A stretch of 64,000 nt of DNA from Eledone cirrhosa (GCA_964016885.1 OZ024756.1:38254001-38318000); one strand, 5' to 3'; positions 25,844-39,941 are shown, numbered from the stretch's first letter. Notes: a model not told the origin generated them from the letters alone. Numbers and translations are program-made.

Positions 25844-27051
25844 TAAGTGTTTATATTTAAAACCTTTCCATCATAATTTTATGTGAGAAGCTTTAAGTTA
25901 TGTTGCTAAAAGTTTTATTTATTTGAAAATGATGAGCAGTCTTTCGTTAGAAATATAGTAATGAAAGGGTTAAGAGTACACACGTTAATTCATGAATGGT
26001 TGAATACTGATTGTCAGAGCTAAGTCTCCACTATCACTTATCTGTAGCAACTGTGTCTTCAGTGTATTGTTTTGTCTCCCAACTCATCTACTTACCTCTA
26101 GTTTCCAGAGAAGAAGAACTCTGCTAGAAGGTTCATTGTGATGTGTCCCATGTCCAACTAATGCAAACTTCTGTCACTTTATGATGACAAAAAAGACAAG
26201 GATGTGAACCCTAGAACAGTTTATTTGTTACATGTACTTGCCAGATGTTCTGGACTTTTCTCAACATTCACGTGTATCTGCCATTTATCTTCTTTGGAAG
26301 GGTTTTTGTTAATGTCCATTACTCACATCTATAGAGGAGAATAGACTCTGTTGTAGACCAACTTATTTAATAGTCTATGTACTATACATGCACTTTTGAT
26401 GAGTTGTAGTGCACCTGAGCACTGTACACAATAATTTTCATTATATCATTAGAAAGAAGAAAAAAAACTTATTTTTGTTGCATATATATGTTATACATAA
26501 CATTGCATATGCCTTCATATACATATCTATTATATGGTTAAAATATGTATTTCCAGGCTTTTGTCATTATTGTTGGCTTAACCATACTGAAGTATCAAGT
26601 GATGTTCCTGATGAGAGTGCTTGGCTGTTAGTGTCTCAGACACGCAGTACTTCCATGAGTATCTTGGCTTGTCTGAAAAATATTTCTGACACTTATTAAC
26701 TTCACCAGAATGTGCAGTAATGCCATGAATGTCTTTGATTGTCTCAAAGATTCTTAGAAAGCAACACCAGCATTACCTGTTGTAGTGTGTAATTGTGTAT
26801 TGGATGTCACATCTTATTGAAGTATCAGCTGATGTTTTTGGTGAGTGTGATTGGTTATTTGAGAATCTTAACCTCGCTATCACTTTCAGTAATGTATTGA
26901 ATATCTTGGTTTACCTTAAACATTATTAGAAGTCAACATCACCATTTGTTGTTGTGTAATTAACTCTTCATATCTTCTCGCATATTTCTTGTTTCCTTTC
27001 TCTGTCACTCTTTTTATTGATTTGTTTCTCCTGTAAATCGTAAACATTATA

Positions 27052-27241
27052 TGGTGGATTGGCAGTATCGGTAGAGAGTCGGACGCCATGCTTTGACGCA
27101 TAGAGTTACGGCCCTTGTCATTCTCAGTTCAAATCCCGCTGAGTTTAACTTTGCCTTTCATCCTTACGGGGGTCGATAAAATAAAGTACCAATAATACAC
27201 TGAGTAATTGCTGGCCTTGTGCCAAAGTAGAAACAATTATA
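27052..27241 (+). mobile_element. SINE family A
   Basis: Complete head-core-tail as in other copies. Confidence 0.85.
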
Positions 27242-27265
27242 TAATTTAATACACATTATATAATT

Positions 27266-27481
27266 TTAACCCTTTAGCACTTAAACTGGCCATATATGGT
27301 CAGATTTTCTCACCTCTTTCTGTTCAAACCGGCCATAACCGGCCACTTATACCAATGTTAAGGTATTGTTCTCAAAATAAATAGCAACATCATCAAAATC
27401 TCGTAGATTTGATATTATGTGAGATAAAGTGTTTACCATGAAAATACAATATTAAATATAGTAATGAAAATGCTAAAGGGT
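27266..27481 (+). mobile_element. piggyBac-like MITE 1
   Basis: TTAACCCTTTAGCAC ... AATGCTAAAGGGT. Confidence 0.8.
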
Positions 27482-28017
27482 AGTTGTATTCATCTAGAAA
27501 CATGCCATCACAATTCTATTATGTTGTTCCAAATATCAGCTTAATAATGAGTAAATTAATATTACTAAATCTCTCCAATTATTGATTATTTTGAAAATTA
27601 TTTTGTAACTTTAAGCAGTGTTTTTTTATATTAACAATAAGGTAAAGAAAGGGTTTAAGTAAATTTAAATGAAAATCGAACTTCAAACCTAGAATTTCAT
27701 GACTTACAACCAACCTACAAAATTAACACTCCCACCCAACTCACTGTTCTAAACTTTAACCTTTGTTTGCTGCAAGACGAACCTGTTTCATCAAATATAT
27801 TTAAATGGGAGCTGTGTGTGTGTAATAGAAATATGCAAGGGAAATAACTGTTGTCTGACCATGTTCAGTAACAAAATTAACTGATATTATACTGTAAGAT
27901 AAAAAATACTAGTACCCCTGGTAAACGTGAAGTGCTTTTAGGATTGCTCGAACTGGCTTATCCTCACAAAATTACAACATAACAACTACATATAAACAAC
28001 TTATCTTCTGAAATATA

Positions 28018-28050
<33 letters not shown>

Positions 28051-28099
28051 CATCATCATCATGTGTGTGTGTCTGTGTGTTTATATATAAATATATATA

Positions 28100-28277
28100 T
28101 CCAATTGTGGTTGATAGCCGAGAGAAAAGAGTACACAATACCGAAGTAGAGTTCTAATATTCATTTTATTAAGGCTAACTAGAGAGTCTTGTTACTCTGG
28201 AGTTTTGCCTGCGTATCACAGGGTCATCAGACAAGAACTAGATAACCCTGTGATAAACAGGCGAAGCTCCAGAGTAG
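28100..28277 (-). mobile_element. Penelope-like terminal repeat fragment with degenerate minimal hammerhead ribozyme(s), inverted arrangement
   Basis: Minus 28236-28187: TCTTGT-CTGATGA-CCCTG..CAGGC-AAAAC-TCCAGA-GTA-ACAAGA, then AATAAA; an inverted partial copy at 28239-28276; flanked by (TA)n. Confidence 0.65.
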
Positions 28278-28279
28278 AC

Positions 28280-28316
<37 letters not shown>

Positions 28317-28617
28317 CAGTAAATTTTCTTAAGACACCTTGTCTTGTGGAACTCACTTAGAGAAATATTGTAATAAGATATTGCACGTATTTAGAACAAA
28401 ATATTTTTAGAGATAGAATTGTTTTTATTGTCTACAAATTCCCCCGAATCACAAAACCCATATCTATATTTTACAGGAAGTCTCTACCACCATCATCATA
28501 ATTTCAATAAGGCATTAAATGGAACAAAAATTGTATTAAAGAGGAAAAATTTATTCATAGAGAAGAAAAAATATAATGTAAGTAGATTTTATAAACTCTT
28601 ATTATCCTGTAATGATT

Positions 28618-28844
28618 TTAACCCTTTAACATTTACATCACTCTATATTTACTATTATATTTTGAAGGTAAAGGATTTACCTTACATAATTATCACATAA
28701 TATCAAATAATATCGAATCTAAGAGATATTGATATTATTTATTTTGAAAACACTATCTTAACATCAGTATGAGCGGCCGGTTTGAACAGAAAGAGGTGAG
28801 AGAATTCTGGCTGGATACGGCCGGTTTAAATGCTAATGGGTTAA
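28618..28844 (-). mobile_element. piggyBac-like MITE 1 (complete)
   Basis: TTAA-CCCTTTAACATTTA ... TAAATGCTAATGGG-TTAA. Confidence 0.85.
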
Positions 28845-28854
28845 TATTATAATA

Positions 28855-29312
28855 AAATCCCGCCGAGGTTGACTTTGCCTTTCATCCTTACGGGGTCGAT
28901 AAAATAAAGTACCAGTAATCACCGTCAACGTTTAACGTCTGTGTTCCACGCTTGCATGGGTTTGGACGGAGGTTTTCCCACTTGAGGCAAGAGTGATTGT
29001 CTTGCTCGCATAGGACTGTCTGGCGGGTTTTCTACAGCTGGATGCCCTTCCTAACACCAACCACATTTACAGTGGGTAATTGCTGGCCTTGTGCCTAAAG
29101 TAGAAACAATTATAATAAATAGGGCAGTAGATTGGCAGTATCGGTAGAGGGTCGGACGCCATGCTTTGCAGCACAGTTACGCCCCTTTACGGACTGAGTT
29201 CAAATCCCGCCGAGGTTAACTTTGCCTTTCATCCTTACGGGGTCGATAAAATAAAGTACCAGTAATACACTGGGATAATTGCTGGCCTTGTGCCAAAATT
29301 AGAAACAATTAT
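28855..29312 (+). mobile_element. SINE A fragment interrupted by a family C tail, followed by a complete SINE A (29120-29312)
   Basis: The family A core stops at ~28920 and resumes at ~29075 after a minus-strand family C segment. Confidence 0.75.
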
Positions 29313-30664
29313 AATAAATGATTTTAATATTTGGTTAATTGATTGAAATTCAGTGTATTTCTTTGAAAATCATCATCATCATTTTATGTCCACTTTTCCC
29401 TGCTTGCAAGGGTGGGGTGGGTCTTCTTCAGCACAGCATCTCTCCATTTGTCATGGTCCTTCGTCATTTCCTCTGTGAGCTTCAGCAATCTGAGGTCAGC
29501 TCTCACCACCTCCGTCCAAGTTTTCCATGCTCTACTTCTACTGCATCTTCCTTCCACTGGGATTACTTGGCACTTTAGAAATACGATAATGGAAAGGTTA
29601 ATATGATTCAGTCATCTTGCTACTGTGGTTTCATGCAGCACAAGATGTTATTAAGACTTAAATGTCACCTTATCTTACAGAACCCACTTGGAGAAAACAT
29701 GATGATAATGATAATGAAAATGATTGTATACAGTGTTCAGGTGCACTACAACTCATCAAAGGTGCATGTACATAATACATAGAATATTAGGATATTAGGA
29801 TATATCTTCTTTCTTAGATTTGTGTTTTACTTTCTTACCATCCATGTACTCTGAACTCTTGATGAAGTCGTAAGGGACCCCTGAATGATATATGGCAGAT
29901 CTTGCAAGCTGTTATACTTTCTGTACAATAATTGCTTTAGTTTTGGGCTTCACATTGAGGTGGAATTCCGCGTGTATGTGTGTATATGTATGTATATATA
30001 TATGGCCATACTCGATAACGAGGGGGCAGCCATCTTGTGTATATATATATATATTTATAGAGAGAGGCGGGGTATATACAAAAAAAATATATATATATTT
30101 AATCAAATTAGAAAGAGATAAACGTGTCATTATTTAGAAAGAAAACTATTGGTGGGTGAGGTGAAATCAATTAAACTGATTGATTGAATCTACCTCCTTC
30201 AATATACTGTATATACTTGTATATAAGATGAGAAATATGTGACCAAAAAACAATCAAATGTAAAATGGAAATCGGCTTATATTCAAGGTCAATATTTTGC
30301 CCATTTTCACCAACTTCAAATTCTATGTAAATGAGGTGCTAAATTATTTTTGCTTCGGAGGTGAATATTACATTGGTTTCATTTTGGAGGTGACATTTGG
30401 TTTTCCTATTGTTTTTTTTTTATATCTATTTTAAATGAATTTGGCCTTCAATAAGGTTGGAAACAGCTAAAAAAATAAAAATAAAAATAAAAAGTCATTA
30501 TGGAGATGTGAAACAAATTCTATATTATAAATGACACTTAACCCTTTATCATTTATAATACTCTATATTTACTATTGTATTTTTGCGGTAAAGGCTTTAT
30601 CTTATATAATTATCCCACATAATATCGAATCTATGAGATTTTGATATTGTTTATTTTCAGAACA

Positions 30665-30840
30665 ATACCTTAACATCAATATGACAGAGTGTACTGGGTG
30701 CATTATATTGTGGCACCAGTCTGTTCAATCACCACCCACTATACAGGGTGTACTGGGTGCATTATATTGTGGCACCAGTCTGTTCAATCACCAGCCACTT
30801 TACAGGGAGTACTGGGTGCAATATATATTGTGGCACCAGC
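30665..30840. repeat. ~59-bp tandem repeat, ~2.7 copies, related to the family C subrepeat
   Basis: ACAG.G.GTACTGGGTGCA-TTATATTGTGGCACCAG occurs three times. Confidence 0.75.
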
Positions 30841-30890
30841 ATGTCTGAATGATCCTTTCTAACCAACATTGTCTCTGTTCAAACATATGT

Positions 30891-31058
30891 GAAGGTGCAT
30901 GGCTTAGTGGTTAGAGCATTGGGCTTGCAATTGAAAGGTTGTGAGTTCAATTCTCGGACCGGGTGATGTGTTGTTTCCTTGAGCAAGACACTTTATTTCA
31001 CGTTGCTCCAGTTTACTCAGCTGTAGAAATGAGATATAGGACTGGGGTCCCTATCATT
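30891..31058 (+). mobile_element. SINE family B head and core
   Basis: TGGCTTAGTGGTTAGAGC...GAGTTCAATTCTC...CTTGAGCAAGACACTT. Confidence 0.85.
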
Positions 31059-31264
31059 AAATCACCCAAGACACCTCCATTGAGATTTACCTTGGAGGAG
31101 GCGAGCTAAACCTGCATAGGTGTGACTGTCACACTGTTCAAACAACGACCACTTTACAGAGTGAAACAGGTGCATTTTATCATGGTACAAGCACCATTGA
31201 AGTTGTTGTGTACTCAGCAGGAATAAAAGATAAAAGCTTCTTTCAACAACCCACCAATATTCAA

Positions 31265-31495
31265 CAGAGGTTCTCCAAGTAGGTGGTACTGTCCTGAGAA
31301 GGTCCAGGTGGTGGTAGAGAAGATATTATATAAAAAATATATACTATTTATTTATACGTAGTATATATATAATTTATTATATATTATTTAAAATTTGCGT
31401 GTAGGCAGGTCTCTCTGGAAATAGGGTTGTGGGGAGCTGGAGGTATTACGGGGCTCTGAGGGGAGGCTGTGGACCAGAAAGTTTGAGAACCTCTG
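31265..31495. mobile_element. hAT (Charlie-like) MITE
   Basis: TIRs CAGAGGTTCTC / GAGAACCTCTG; imperfect 8-bp flanks ATATTCAA / TTCTACAA. Confidence 0.65.
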
Positions 31496-31639
31496 TTCTA
31501 CAATGTTGGATATATACGTACAATGCAGTTGTACAGAAGACCCGACTACCGTTGCATACAACCTACAGTCAATAGGCACCTCTTAACTCAATGTACACCC
31601 CACTGCCACACCCTACCCCACCCGTTCCATCCACTGTGT

Positions 31640-32056
31640 CGATGACACAACAGTCCACACTGTAAGGTGGACGTGTAGAAGACACGGTGAAAAGGCTCCC
31701 AGTTCACACTATATGTAGTTGGTGTTAGGAAGGGTATCCAGCTGTACAAAACCTGCCTGTGTGTGTGTGTCTGTCTACCTGTTTGTCTGTCAATCTATCT
31801 ATATATACCTACCTAGCTCTCTCTCTCAGTCCACCTTGTAAAATGGTCATGTAGGAGACAGTAAAAAGGCTCCCAGCACTCACTGTAAATGAGGTTGGTG
31901 TTAGGAAGAGCATCCAGCTGTAAAAAAAATACCTGCCAGAGACATTTCCGTGCGAGCAAGACATGATCTCCTGACCATTCCCGCATCAAATGGAACAAAA
32001 CTGTCTAACCCATGCTAGCGTGGAAGATGGACGTTAAACGATGATGATGATGATGA
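31640..32056 (+). mobile_element. Two tandem family C SINE segments
   Basis: GGTGTTAGGAAG.G.ATCCAGCTGTA twice; ends GGACGTTAAACGATGATGATG. Confidence 0.75.
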
Positions 32057-33255
32057 ATGTTAGATGGCATTACTATAAAATAACTGGAGGTAAAGGTATG
32101 TAGCTCAGTGGTCATGGTGTAGGACAGAAGGTTGTGGGTTCAATTATTAGGCCTAATGGTACATTATGCTCTTGAGCAAGATGTTTCATTTAATGTTGCA
32201 TCAGTCCTCTTTTGCAGCTAAGAAAATAAAAATGTGAGCCAGCACCAGTAACTGGAAGTTAACACCTGTAATGGGCTGGGGCTTAATACCTTCAAAGGAC
32301 TAGGGCTCCTATCATTAGAAACCTTTCAGCATAAATCTATGTAAGAACTTTCCTTAAGTTATATTCCAAGCACCAGCTTAATAATGAGAAAGTTATTTTA
32401 TTAAATCCCTTCAAATACTTGATTTGAAAAAGATTGTAGTCTTACTTAGTGACTGTCATTAGAAATATAGCAACGAAAGTGTTAATAGTAGGATTTCCTC
32501 CTAATATAAACAACAACAATAATAATAATTATAATAACTGTCACTTGAGGGTGACAGTGTTTCTAGTAGTGGTGGTGGGAGGAAGGGTCAGAGGTTATGG
32601 CATTATTACAAGAACAGAATGCCTTTATATATATATATGTTGCATTCTTTAAGGGTATGTCAATATTTATTTATAAAACTGATCTATATTATATTTTATC
32701 TGATGAAAGCACACCATAATTTAACTTGGTGTCCTTGAAATATGTATAATGAAATAAATATGGTTTTATAAATATAGTTTCCATTTGTTAATATCGTATA
32801 TATATATATATAACAAAGGAAATGTGGTAAGGAACCAGATGGACTGTAACGCACCAAAGTACTCAATACTTAGGGTAATAGGAGTGGGTAATATATATAT
32901 ATATATATTGCTGTGAAGTGGCAGACTCATTAATTAGAATATTGGATAGAATGCTTTGTAGTATTCTGTTCAGCTTTCTGCATTCCCTGAGTTCAAATCC
33001 CCTTGTTGGGGTCAACTTTGCCTTTCATCCTTTCAAGGTCGATAAAAAAAAAGTACCAGTCCATCGCTCACCCCACCCCCACCCCTAGTTTCCTCCCTCT
33101 CCCTCTCTCCTTTTCTCTTTCTCTCTCTCCCCTTCTCTGGAAATTGGCTATATTCTGATCTAGAGAGAAGGGACAATGATCTCTGCCAGGTTTAAAGTGC
33201 CTAAGACACGGTGTATGTCACAACGGCATCCTTACAACTCCATCTGTAGTTACGC

Positions 33256-33306
<51 letters not shown>

Positions 33307-33597
33307 TATGTGTATGTGTGTCTGTCTGTCTGTATAACAGACAAGCCAACTCACATAGTAACACTCACTACTTATATATTGATTCCCTTCAATCGAGGTT
33401 GTTACCTCCCCTTGTCTTGCTCTCGCTTTCTCCTCCTTCACTCTTTCTGTCTACTCACTCACTCTCTCTCCTTCTCTCTCTTGTACCTATCTTGTTCCCT
33501 GTGTTGTCAGCCTAAGTCTGTCTTTCTCTCTCTCTTCAACTCTCTCTTTCTCTATTACTCTGTCTCTCGTACTTATATTGCTCCCTGTGTTATTAAC

Positions 33598-33645
<48 letters not shown>

Positions 33646-35944
33646 ATATATACCATCTTTAACTTTCACTCTCTCTCACCATCCATACCACCACCACTGC
33701 CACTACCACCAACCCCTGTCTAGTACAAGCAGCCTGTTACTGCTGCTGTTGGTGCTGCTGTTGCTGTTAGTACTATTACTGCTGTTGTTACTGCTGCTGT
33801 TACTGTAGTCCTTGTCTAGACAGCCTTCTAGGTCAACCAGTCATTTTTGCTAAAATAAATATAAATATAAGAAAGGCAATGATAAAAAGTAGGCCTGCTG
33901 GTTGTGGTGGTAGTGGTAGTGGTGGTGGTAGTAGTAATAGTAGTAGTATTAGTGGTGATAGTAGTAGTTATGGTGGTGGTATTACTACTACTACCACTAC
34001 TGTTACCACTGTCTCCAACACCACCACCATTACTACTACCACCATTACCACTACCATCATTACCACTACAGCTATTGACACTGAGCATCACAGCTGATGA
34101 CAACAAGGAAAGTCTGAGGGCTTACTTTAACCTGGCAACAACAGACAACCAGACATTCAGACAGACAGATTGCAATAGCTCCTCCTCATCCTTCTCACAC
34201 AGTCTATCTATCTATCTACCTATTTATTTATTTAAATAACTAAGGTAACATTTTATATATATATTATATTACATTCTTTATATACTTTTCTCATAATTCT
34301 GCTATCCCTCTAAAACAAAAAAGAGAAATGAAATGTTTCTAGTATTAACACTTTAACATCCCTCTCTAAATTCTTTAGAGAGACATACACCAAAACAAAA
34401 CAATTTACAGAGGCATGACGAAGGACAAGAAGAGATAAGATGCTCTTTTTTTTTTTCTTTTTTCTTTTTGCTTCCTAGACATTTTTAGTATTTTCAGCTG
34501 TTTGTTTACAATGTGATCGGTCCATCCTCCCCACCCTCTTCTCTGAAACAAATGGGTTTTGTTTTTGTGGTGAGGGTAAGGGATATTATTGTTTCATTTC
34601 ATTCCATTTCGTTTTAATCCTTTTGATACACCCCCTGCTCCTCTCAGACTAAAACTGACCCCTTTGCATCTAGAATACAAAATTACCATCATCATCATCA
34701 TTTAACATTGTTTTTACCCTGCTTGCAAGTGTTTATATTTATCTAAAAACCCTTCCATCATAATTTTGTGTAAGAACCTTTATTAAGTTATTCGTCCAAG
34801 CACCAGTTTAATAAGAAGAAAGTTTGTTGTATTATTAAACCGCACCAAATACATATCTGCATTCCAGCTGAGGGACTGAGGCCATGCTGGGGCACCATAC
34901 TTGATTATTTTCAAAATTATTTGAAAATCATAGACAGTGTCTTTTATAAGAAATATATTACTGAAAGCGTTAACAATCAGAATTGTTTTTAAAATGAAAC
35001 AAATGAAATTAGACAAAATACAAGTTTTAGACTATAAATAATTTTTAGTTTGGAGAAATTAATTGATTTTAACTTTAAATTAAATTATTTGTGTTAGAAT
35101 AGGTACACTGTATCCTTAAATGTCGTAAGAGATGTCTAAAAGTGTTGGTACCAGGAAGAGGACATCCAACATTACCTTGGAAAAGACCCATGGTGTGTAT
35201 GAAGCCTATTATAGACTCCTTAAAGGCTAACCCCTGCTCCGACAGGGAAAAAGGCTACAACCCTTTCATTACTACATTTCTAATGAACAATTTTACCTAA
35301 ATGATTTTTCAAATAAATTTGAAAATAATCAAGAATTTAGGGCGTTTTGTTATATAATGAACTTTCTCATTATTAAGCTACTGTTTAGAACATAACTTCA
35401 CATGAAATTAGATGAAAGGCTTCTAGAAAAATGTAAACACTATAATAAATAGTTTTCTATCATAGAACCTGGGGTATAAAAAAAGTTGGATGACTTCTTG
35501 TTATGTGTAACTAATTTTAATTTTATTTATTTCAAAGTTTAGTTATTTTAAAAGTTTTATTTACTCTCCAGAAAAGGTGTTTAAGGCCCTAGCTTCTTCT
35601 GTGATTAATGTCTGGTTAACATATTTAAAAAATAGCTGTATACACTGGTATATATATATAGTTACACCTCGTTTTGTGTATATAATATTTGGGTTTCATT
35701 TATCTTCATTACCATAGTTCTAATGAAAGACACTACTTATGAAATTCAAATAATTTAGTAATATAGAACTAACTTTCTCATTATTCAGCTGGTGATTTTT
35801 TTTTTTATAATAATTTAACAAAAGTTCTTCCACAAAATTTTGATCAATCAGACTATTAGATGTCCCCTTATATATTGCTGGTCACAACAGTTCAATCAGG
35901 GTATCAGATTATTGGGCCCTTCTCTCCCATTTTGATCCAAATCA

Positions 35945-36135
35945 TTTGACTATGTCATTTTTTCCAATCGTCTTAAAATGGTATTTCAAATTGTCTCTTC
36001 CAATCTCTTGGATATCATACATTTGCACTGATCAACCTGTCGTTTCTGTGTGGACCTTGCAACATGTCAGTCCCAGGCACAATTTCTTCATTCAATATTC
36101 TGCAACCGCATTCTTCATTCTGCCCCATTTTCGAA
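35945..36135 (-). mobile_element. RTE-clade LINE 3' fragment, decayed
   Basis: Minus strand reads ..HVAR....YPRDWKR.....DIVK with frameshifts. Confidence 0.5.
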
Positions 36136-36519
36136 AATACAGTGTGTTTTTTTATGATGATTGCTATATGTTCCATCTAAGTCCTTTTTTCCTGGTAGAA
36201 AAGGAAAAGTCCTCATTTAACCACCTCTGTTGACACTAAATATATATGTGAGGGATTTATCAGAATAATAACACTTGTGTGTGTATATATATATATATAT
36301 ACATAAACACACACATATATATAATATATATACACATACATACATATACACACACATATACATAAATACACTTACAATGATTGAAAGTTGTGAAATCAAT
36401 GACTGTCCATTTTTTTAGGGTGTGGTTGGGTGATTGAAAGGTGGGCTGTCCGTTAGCAATAATCATATGATGATCTTGTATCAGCTGACAATCAGTTTAT
36501 TTTCTTAGAAAAAGTCTGT

Positions 36520-36783
36520 TTAACCCTTTCTTGTACTAAACCACCTGAAACCACTCCACATTCTACAATACAAGACTGTTTCTTTTAAAGTGTTTGTATT
36601 TATCTAAAAACTTTCCATCATAATTTTATGTAAGAGCCTTTATTAAGTTATGTTCCAGACACCAGCTAGAAAATAAGAAAGTTAGTTATATTTCTAAAGC
36701 CCTCCAAATTCTTCTTTATTTTCAAGATCATTTGTATATTTTAAGTAGTGTTTTTCATTAGAAATATGGTAACAGAATGGTTA
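36520..36783. mobile_element. piggyBac-like MITE 2 (further copies ~18629-18851, ~38435-38671 and many fragments)
   Basis: TTAACCCTTT...AAAG(G/A)GTTAA termini and a shared ~250-bp AT-rich body. Confidence 0.7.
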
Positions 36784-37528
36784 GAATTATAAGATATTTT
36801 GCTTTCAAAATTTATCCAATTATTTTAATATGTAGTTGTAAAAAGTAGTTGCTATAAGTAATATTGTTGTTATCTTATAAAAGTAAAGTTACTGTGTATC
36901 TCCAGTTTATACAAGGTATACAATATACTTGTGTATCTTAAAGCTATTGAACCTGGAAGGGCATCTAGCTCTTAAACATTGCCTTGCAAAGGACTTTATG
37001 ATGAGTATGAAAACCCAATCATGTGGGTCCTTGCCATATTAACCCTGCTTTATTTAGCAAGGAAAATTACCTTAAATCACTTGCATTGTTATATATCTTA
37101 TTAAAAAAATTAACGGAAATTGTTGTGTACAGTGCTCAGGTGCACTACAACTCATCAAAGGTGTATGTATAGTACATAGATATAAAGTAAAGACAGCTTT
37201 TATTTATGTTTTAAATTATATTACCATATATAGTGTGTACTTGTTTATAAGTCAACTTAGCTATAAGACCTACAAAATTTTATCAGCAAGAAAAAAAAAA
37301 AATACTGAGTCCAAGAATGTATATAAAGTGGTGGTGTAGCAACAAATACACAAGTATATATATATACATGGTAAGTGTTATTATAATATATTTAATATAG
37401 ATGACAGTTAAGTTTGTCTGAATGTTGTGTGGTGTGTTCATTTCTCTGTTCAAATTCTCACGTTGGCTAACTTTATCTTTCATCTTTTCGGGGTTGATAA
37501 ATAAAGTACCAGTCTGGTACAGAAGTTT

Positions 37529-37694
<166 letters not shown>

Positions 37695-39740
37695 GGTTAT
37701 AAATGTCCTTCGGGTGTTAGGCTCATGATCATAAACTTCTTAGACTGGGTAGCGTGTTCTCTTCTTGAGGCTTCATTTCATGTTGCTTTTCACATTAGGG
37801 CTGGAGCCCTTATCCTTGATAACATACATGCAGGAAACCTGTTTGATGCAACTTCATGTGAGCTGTAAATTTCTTTTCTTCTTTTTTTTTTTTGTTTCAC
37901 TTTCTGTGTTAGACCTGGAGAAGGGTAAATATCCAAGGTACATCACAACAATGTACCAACCCTCTCATAGATTGATACCAGGCAGTAACCCCTCCCCCCC
38001 CTAAATGTGTACTTTTTCCCCCATTAATCTTACACATTATGGACTTAACATGATCTAATGTCCTTGTTTCCCCCATAAAGCCTGGTTCCTGGTCCCCTTT
38101 TTTCCACATTTGTTGTTCTAGTTCACACCTATGTAGGTTTAGTTGGTTTCTTAAGGGTTTTAATGAAGGGCTAGTGGAGTGTGTTGTGCTATTGTTGTTA
38201 CAGCTGACACCTCTCCACGTTTAGCTAGCCTCCTATGAAGTTGCATCTCGTAAGAGGTTTGTTGGGTGTTTTAATGATAGAAGCCCCCTATCAAGATAGG
38301 ACTATCCTTTCACCACTATAGAGCCATTTTAATTCATGACTTTTCTTATAAATTCATCATTGTATTGCCCATGTATTTTCAAATTAAGGATTGTTTTATA
38401 TTTGAAGACAGAGGATCTTTGAAAGTGTTTCACTTTAACTCTTTTGGTACCAACATACCTGAAACTATCTTTGGTTTTACAATATGAAGCTGTTTATTTT
38501 AAAGTATTAATATCTATCTAAAAACTTTACATCGTAATTTTATGTCAAAACCTTTAAGTTAGGTTCCAAACACCAACAATGAGGACATTAGTTATGTTAT
38601 TAAATCCTTCAAAATTATTTGAAAATTCTAGAGAATGTATTTCATTAGAAATATGGTAACAAAAGAGTTAATTAGCTATTTAATAATATAGCTTTTTTTC
38701 TTATTATGGAGCATAACTTAACAAATGTTCTTACATAAAAGTTTCTAGATAAATATTGATTGATCAAAGGGATTAACAAGATCCCAGGTCCCATTCACTT
38801 ACTGAATGAGGTGAACCTGTCAAATTGGACCAAAGAAACAATGTTTCCATTGCTAATACTATCAACCGGTTACAACTTCTGGCAGAAAGAGTAACTTAAA
38901 ATAAAGTGTCTTGCTCTAGGGTATAACACATTGCCTGGTCCGGGAATCAAACTCACAACCTCGTAATTGTGAATCCAATTCTCTAACCATAACCACTAAG
39001 ACACACATCTTCACCTTCACAGATAAAGACTTTAAAAAATATAGTTTTTTATTTTTTTTTTGTATTGTAGAAATCAGTGGTTTCAGGTGATTTTGTATCA
39101 AAAGAGTTAATTAAACTTATTAATCAATTAATTAGTTAATTTCTCAGCAACTTTTATTGTGCATTGAAACATAGAAAAGTTGATTTTCTTGTTAATTAAT
39201 CCGTTATAATTTCAAAAATGTTGACAGAATTTTTTCATTCAAAGAAAATTATTTTTTCTTTGAAATAATTTCTTTCCGTTCTTTTTATTAAATCTGTCTG
39301 TGAGTCTTTAAATGTTAAACAGGAAGAATATGGTATAATTTGGTTTTTATTTCTTCTAGTTAGAACTTAATGAGCAATTTAGTTAAACTTGTATAATAAC
39401 ACTTAACAAGTCATATGATGAAAACATATCTCATGTGATTTTAAGTGAGTGTATATATGTGGGTGAGTATATATATATATATATATATGTGTGTATGTGT
39501 ATATGAGTGCATATGTGTGTATATCGGTGCGTATTTATGTGTGTGTGTGAGTATACATATATATGTGTGTCTGTGTATATATGTGTAGATGAGTTCATGT
39601 GTGTGTATGTATGTATATATGTGTGAGTGTATATATGTGTGTGTCTATATACATATGTATGTGTGTATATATATGTGTGTGTGTGTTTATATATACTTAT
39701 GTATGTGTATATGAGTGCATATGTGTGTATATCGGTGCGT

Positions 39741-39771
<31 letters not shown>

Positions 39772-39909
39772 TGAATGTGTTTGTGTGTTTATGTCTGTGT
39801 GCACATGCAAATACCTGTCATTCTGTCTACATTCTACATCCTGTACACATATTTTAACATGTGTGACTGCATATGTGTATACACATACACTCCTCCACAC
39901 ACACACCCA

Positions 39910-39941
<32 letters not shown>

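Noticed and set aside
30160-30300. TGATTGAT and TCAAGGTCA (Pbx and nuclear-receptor-like sites) as an enhancer
   Set aside because: Short motifs expected by chance in 64 kb; no supporting evidence without conservation data
30891-30960. tRNA genes at SINE heads
   Set aside because: A and B boxes are present but there is no complete cloverleaf, and the sequence continues into the SINE core in multiple copies
32984-32991. TCCCTGAG, the 5' end of miR-125
   Set aside because: Part of a SINE B box (CTGAGTTCAAATCC); no further match and no hairpin
33720-34110. Ser/Gly/Thr- or Val-rich ORFs (also 44130-44460)
   Set aside because: Degenerate trinucleotide repeats open in several frames and lacking splice support
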